Shown in pieces: positions 60,187 to 64,000 of a stretch of DNA of 64,000 nt. Position 1 is the first letter of the stretch. The number at the start of each line of letters is the position of its first letter. The position numbers and the translations under genes are program-made. Source of the DNA: Candidatus Poribacteria bacterium (lineage in GTDB: Bacteria > Poribacteria > WGA-4E > PCPOR2b); the NCBI GenBank assembly GCA_965198175.1, contig OZ240245.1, positions 2,752,001 through 2,816,000 of the forward strand, given 5' to 3'. Under the pieces are notes generated by a model that saw only the letters and a list, made by a program, of their open reading frames with translations, was not told where the DNA came from and did no database searches.

Positions 60187-60954
60187 TCAGCGCTGTAGCG
60201 CCTGCAAATGTTGCTGGACACTTCTCAACAGAAATGTCTCCGCGTTGCCACAGCTTAATGCGCGGAATCCCCGTTTCATGACTTGAAGTCCCTCCTCGAC
60301 AGTGCGTGCTGGACACCCCACGGCAATACCCTTTCGCGTCGCAGCAGTCAGCACTATCTCAGATGCCTCGATAACCTTTGGGTGTGACGTCTGTCCTGTC
60401 ACACCTAGTGAGGCGGCGAGATCGCTTGTACCTAGATTCAGAACATCAATCCCTTTAACTTCCACAATTTCGTTGATATTTTCAATGGCTTCGGCGTCCT
60501 CAATCATAGCGGCGACAACGACTTCATCGTTGATGTTCGCATAATAATCCTCCGTCGATACTGCCCCGAACTTAATTCCCCTGCCCGGGCCAACGCCGCG
60601 CTTCCCCTGCGGTGGGTAGAGCGCCCCATTGACAATCTGCTGCGCATCTTCCGCGTTGCGGCAGTGCGGCACAAGAATTCCCATCGCACCAAGGTCAAGT
60701 GCCCGCATAATCATTGCTGCGTTATTTTCATGAATGCGAACAATTGGTGTTATGCCAACCGCATAGGCAGCGAGAATCATCCGTTCCATCTCCGTCCAAC
60801 TAATCGAACCATGTTCACCATCAATTCGGACGTAATCCAAGCCCGCGTAGCCAAGTATCTCCACGATTCCCGGTTCAGGCAGTCGCGCCCCTACGCCGAA
60901 GACAGTCGCGCCGTTCTGGAGTTTCTGTTTCATTGGATTCGTTCTGATGTGCAT
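60187..60954 (-). CDS. HpcH/HpaI aldolase family
   Basis: IDGEHG, LDLGAMG, YPPQGKRG, MIED, GTSDL. Confidence 0.9.
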   Translation of the reverse strand: MHIRTNPMKQKLQNGATVFGVGARLPEPGIVEILGYAGLDYVRIDGEHGSISWTEMERMILAAYAVGITPIVRIHENNAAMIMRALDLGAMGILVPHCRNAEDAQQIVNGALYPPQGKRGVGPGRGIKFGAVSTEDYYANINDEVVVAAMIEDAEAIENINEIVEVKGIDVLNLGTSDLAASLGVTGQTSHPKVIEASEIVLTAATRKGIAVGCPARTVEEGLQVMKRGFRALSCGNAETFLLRSVQQHLQALQR

Positions 60955-61263
60955 ATCATCCCCTCTTTGCATAACTTCTTGCTGTACAGAAACGAAAACT
61001 TCAGCATATTTAAATTTCCAGAGGAATTATAGCATTGAATGCCGATCCGGTCAAGATCGACTTTCAATAGGGAAACCCCCTCCGTAGATTCTTTACAACG
61101 CAACTTATTCAAGGGGAAATGGGCGCTTCTCTAAATGTTAGCAAATTTGGGAAATGTAACCATCTTTGTGCTTGACTTTCTCAGTATGCCGGTGATACAC
61201 TCATATGATGATGCGGTCCTCATGGATGGTCAAGTGAATACTTCAAAAGGGAGGAAGATTTGA

Positions 61264-61995
61264 ATGGCGAAACAAAACTGGACGACCTTAGCCAAAGAAT
61301 TAAATCGAGAACTCGGCTTGAAACACTCCCCCATAGCAATTACATTTTCTCATGAAGCGCCCAAAGATGCACCGTTATACGAAGGTCAGATGCCAGAACC
61401 TACATCCGATGGTAGAACGGGTAAAGTTCCAGCCGGGTGCGTGTTTTGGATGAAGGCTACCGAAAAGGCTCTTACGACTGAGCCCGAGGACCACTACAAT
61501 TGCAGTGTTGGAAGTGTCACGCATGGATTGAAAACGCTGGAAGATGTCATGGACAATGAAGATGTTCAGGGGCTCGTAAACTCCGGGTGGGTGTCTGCGG
61601 AAGAAGCAATTCAACTTCCATTTGTGAAACAGCGCTACAACTACATTACCTATTGCCCCTTAGGGGACACAACTGTTAATCCTGACGTGATACTCTTGCG
61701 GATTAGCGCTTTTCAAGCTATGGTCATTCATGACGCATTCAATGACGTGGCAATTGTTAATAAACCACAATGTCATATCATTCCAATCTCTAAGGAACAA
61801 AAAAGGATCGCGATAAGTACAGGTTGCATCTTGAGCCGAGTACGAACGGGTATGTCACCTGACGAGATGACGTGTACAATTCCGGCGCAGCGGTTGGAAG
61901 AAATCCTAGAAAAGCTAAAAGGCAGGCGACAGGCGAATGCGACGGTTACTGCTTATGCGAACCAAGACGGGCACCGTTTTGCTATACCAGTTTGA
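61264..61995 (+). CDS. DUF169 family protein
   Basis: AGCVFW, NCSVG, PDVILL, PQC, STGC..SR. GGAGG RBS. Confidence 0.8.
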   Translation: MAKQNWTTLAKELNRELGLKHSPIAITFSHEAPKDAPLYEGQMPEPTSDGRTGKVPAGCVFWMKATEKALTTEPEDHYNCSVGSVTHGLKTLEDVMDNEDVQGLVNSGWVSAEEAIQLPFVKQRYNYITYCPLGDTTVNPDVILLRISAFQAMVIHDAFNDVAIVNKPQCHIIPISKEQKRIAISTGCILSRVRTGMSPDEMTCTIPAQRLEEILEKLKGRRQANATVTAYANQDGHRFAIPV

Positions 61996-62356
61996 ATCTT
62001 GGCTAATCCTGGCTTGAGAGCACGAATCCACACAATCCGCGCCTCTGGTCTCTTTTGAGTTTTGCCATTTTCGAATTTTTCCCCTGAACAACCGTGCAAT
62101 TTTACGGTACACGTCGGAGAATGTATAGTCTGTAAAGTCGGTGTCTGCATCGGTGGTAACGAATTCCATACCGAATAGCGGAAATTGCAACCGAAATATC
62201 GTTAGAGCCAGAAGCATACAGTTCTCTTGTAGAAGGAATCTCCGAATCCGAACACATCGCTGTAGGAGCGAACTTTGCTCGCGATACCCACTCCACCGCC
62301 GCTGGTAAGGTCTGCCCACCTCCCCGATTCAGATAAAGACCCTGAAATGTCGTATC

Positions 62357-63172
62357 CTAAGAACGCCGAGCGTATTGTGGAAACAGTTCGTCATGAATGT
62401 CACTACATTGCTGGAGATGGATTTGCCGTTTCGCGTCGGCAGTGTCAACCATCGTAGGAAAGAACATCCCCGCGCCTGTCTCAATTTTATACCCGCCTGC
62501 GGAATGGACGCTCAGGTACTGATGCAGCGTCTCTAAATCCGGGGCGGATGTGCAATGTTGTGTGCAATTCATCGTAAACATCCGCCGCCGGGTGCAACCG
62601 CCAAATGTTGCGTGATAGGTATCGTGATTGAAAATCACAACATCACCGGGTGTGCTTTCCAATGCAATGCTCGTTGGGAAGTTGCGCGGCGAGATACCAT
62701 ACAGTGCCTCCGATTGGTTCGGATCTATCTTTCCTGCTCTGACAAAGTGTGCAGGGTTTTGGCTGCCCGGAATGAAGCGTAAGCATCCTGTGTCTTTCGT
62801 CAGCGGATCAAGATAAAACGCCACCTTACAGGCGAAGAGTCGTCCCCAACTTCCATCCGGATGCCAACCGGTGTCTCCGGTGTAATAGTTCCCGTCACCG
62901 CCAGAATAGTTGAAATCTTCGCCGAGCACACCGCCGATAAGTTCTTTGATACGTTCATCATCAAGCAGGGTACAGAGCCGAGGCCGATGCTCAATCGGAC
63001 CGCCGAACATTGTACGGCGTGTTCCATCATGGTCTTTACCACCGCCGAATTCCTGAATCGTAATCTCAAATTCTTCGGTAATCCATTCTATCTCGCTTGG
63101 CGAAAACATACCCGGTATTGCGAGATAACCGAAAGTATTGAAGAAATTCACCTTATGTTCTGTCAGTTTCAT
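62357..63172 (-). CDS. PhyH-family dioxygenase
   Basis: FNTFGYL, WHPD, GCLRFIPGS, PGDVVIF...YH, RRMF. Confidence 0.88.
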   Translation of the reverse strand: MKLTEHKVNFFNTFGYLAIPGMFSPSEIEWITEEFEITIQEFGGGKDHDGTRRTMFGGPIEHRPRLCTLLDDERIKELIGGVLGEDFNYSGGDGNYYTGDTGWHPDGSWGRLFACKVAFYLDPLTKDTGCLRFIPGSQNPAHFVRAGKIDPNQSEALYGISPRNFPTSIALESTPGDVVIFNHDTYHATFGGCTRRRMFTMNCTQHCTSAPDLETLHQYLSVHSAGGYKIETGAGMFFPTMVDTADAKRQIHLQQCSDIHDELFPQYARRS

Positions 63173-63544
63173 GATGTCGCCTTCAGCATAAAAGCATGAA
63201 AACTCTGTTATAGACGTAAATTGCTTCTCTTGTGCTTACGGTATGGCTACTCCCACCGTGCCCAGACGTTCGGTGTGACATGCCCTTCGTTCATGTATGA
63301 ATCGGTGATAATACCGCGGTAATTTCGCTTCCCCTTCCAACCCAACCACGATGCTGTTGAGGAGTAGTGGCTCATAAGAATACGCAGGAATGTATCGCTT
63401 CGGTTCTTTTTGGAGCGATGTAAAAGGCACTTCGGAATTGCCTTTAATCATAAAACCTTCGTTGCCGTGTCATGGCTAACAATTCCTCGTTCTATCAACT
63501 ACATCGTAGGCAACGGCTAGTTTTGTGTAGCGGGCACAGAAAAC

Positions 63545-64000
63545 TTATGCCCCGCGGGCTTTAATCATTGCCCGCACGCGATTGGGGTCCACTTCGTTCG
63601 TTGTCACACCATCGCGTTTAATTGAAGTGCCGACGATGACACCATCTGCACACTGCAGGGTCTCAACAAGATTGTTGACTGTGACACCACTCCCAACGAA
63701 TGCCTTCGATTGAGGAACTGCATCCTTGACGATTTTCAACTGCTTGAGATCCGTGCTCTCGCCTGTCCCTGCACCTGTGACGATTAAGGCATCGGCAAGC
63801 CCGCGATAGTAGGTATCTTGTGCGATAGAAGCCAGGTTGATTTGCCCAAGTGGTACCGCGTGCTTGACAGCCACATCGGCGAAAATCTTGACATCACTTC
63901 TGAGGACAGATCGATAGCGCACGGTTTCATGTGCCTTCCCTTGCAAAACACCTTGATCCGTGAGCATTGCGCCAGTATGTACGTTAATGCGGATAAAAAC
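63545..64000 (-). CDS. BtpA/SgcQ family TIM-barrel protein (5' part outside the window)
   Basis: ADVAVKHA, ADALIVTG..TG, VGSGV, ADGVIVGTSIK. Confidence 0.85.
   Translation of the reverse strand, partial: VFIRINVHTGAMLTDQGVLQGKAHETVRYRSVLRSDVKIFADVAVKHAVPLGQINLASIAQDTYYRGLADALIVTGAGTGESTDLKQLKIVKDAVPQSKAFVGSGVTVNNLVETLQCADGVIVGTSIKRDGVTTNEVDPNRVRAMIKARGA

Noticed and set aside
63236..63451. 71-aa ORF between BtpA and PhyH
   Set aside because: No supporting features.

Overview
Bacterial chromosomal window. The gene content suggests Candidatus Poribacteria or a relative: LamG proteins ending in a 'V-x-P-x-x-K-L-x-x-x-W-A-N-x-K' tail, three PhyH dioxygenases, and a DUF6785-type membrane protein. 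This assignment is inference only. Layout: (1) 0.3-21.6 kb holds a large putative glycan-active protein and two divergent clusters of sugar/organic-acid catabolic enzymes. (2) About 21.9-35.0 kb is an accessory island with no integrase. It carries defence-like genes (Cas2/VapD-like + 2TM pair, GIY-YIG, SIR2-like, EcoRI-type methylase + DUF262-HNH), punctuated by GTAG-type REP/REPIN repeats and several promoter + structured-RNA units. It also has a MITE, an intact IS5-family element that splits a consensus promoter, and an orphan, apparently intact phage terminase module. (3) 35.6-40.9 kb holds two paralogous ABC exporters with N-terminal Zn-ribbon extensions plus DUF1854. (4) guaB is followed by nested IS debris, a 959-aa orphan with a catalytically dead MDH/LDH homologue, and an XdhC gene. 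(5) 49.8-53.1 kb is a small decaying accessory island. (6) The end of the window has housekeeping/metabolic genes (PAP2, GlmL-like, Fe-ADH, purH, HpcH aldolase, DUF169, PhyH, partial BtpA). No rRNA, tRNA or CRISPR array was recognised. All family calls come from motif recognition by eye, not database searches.
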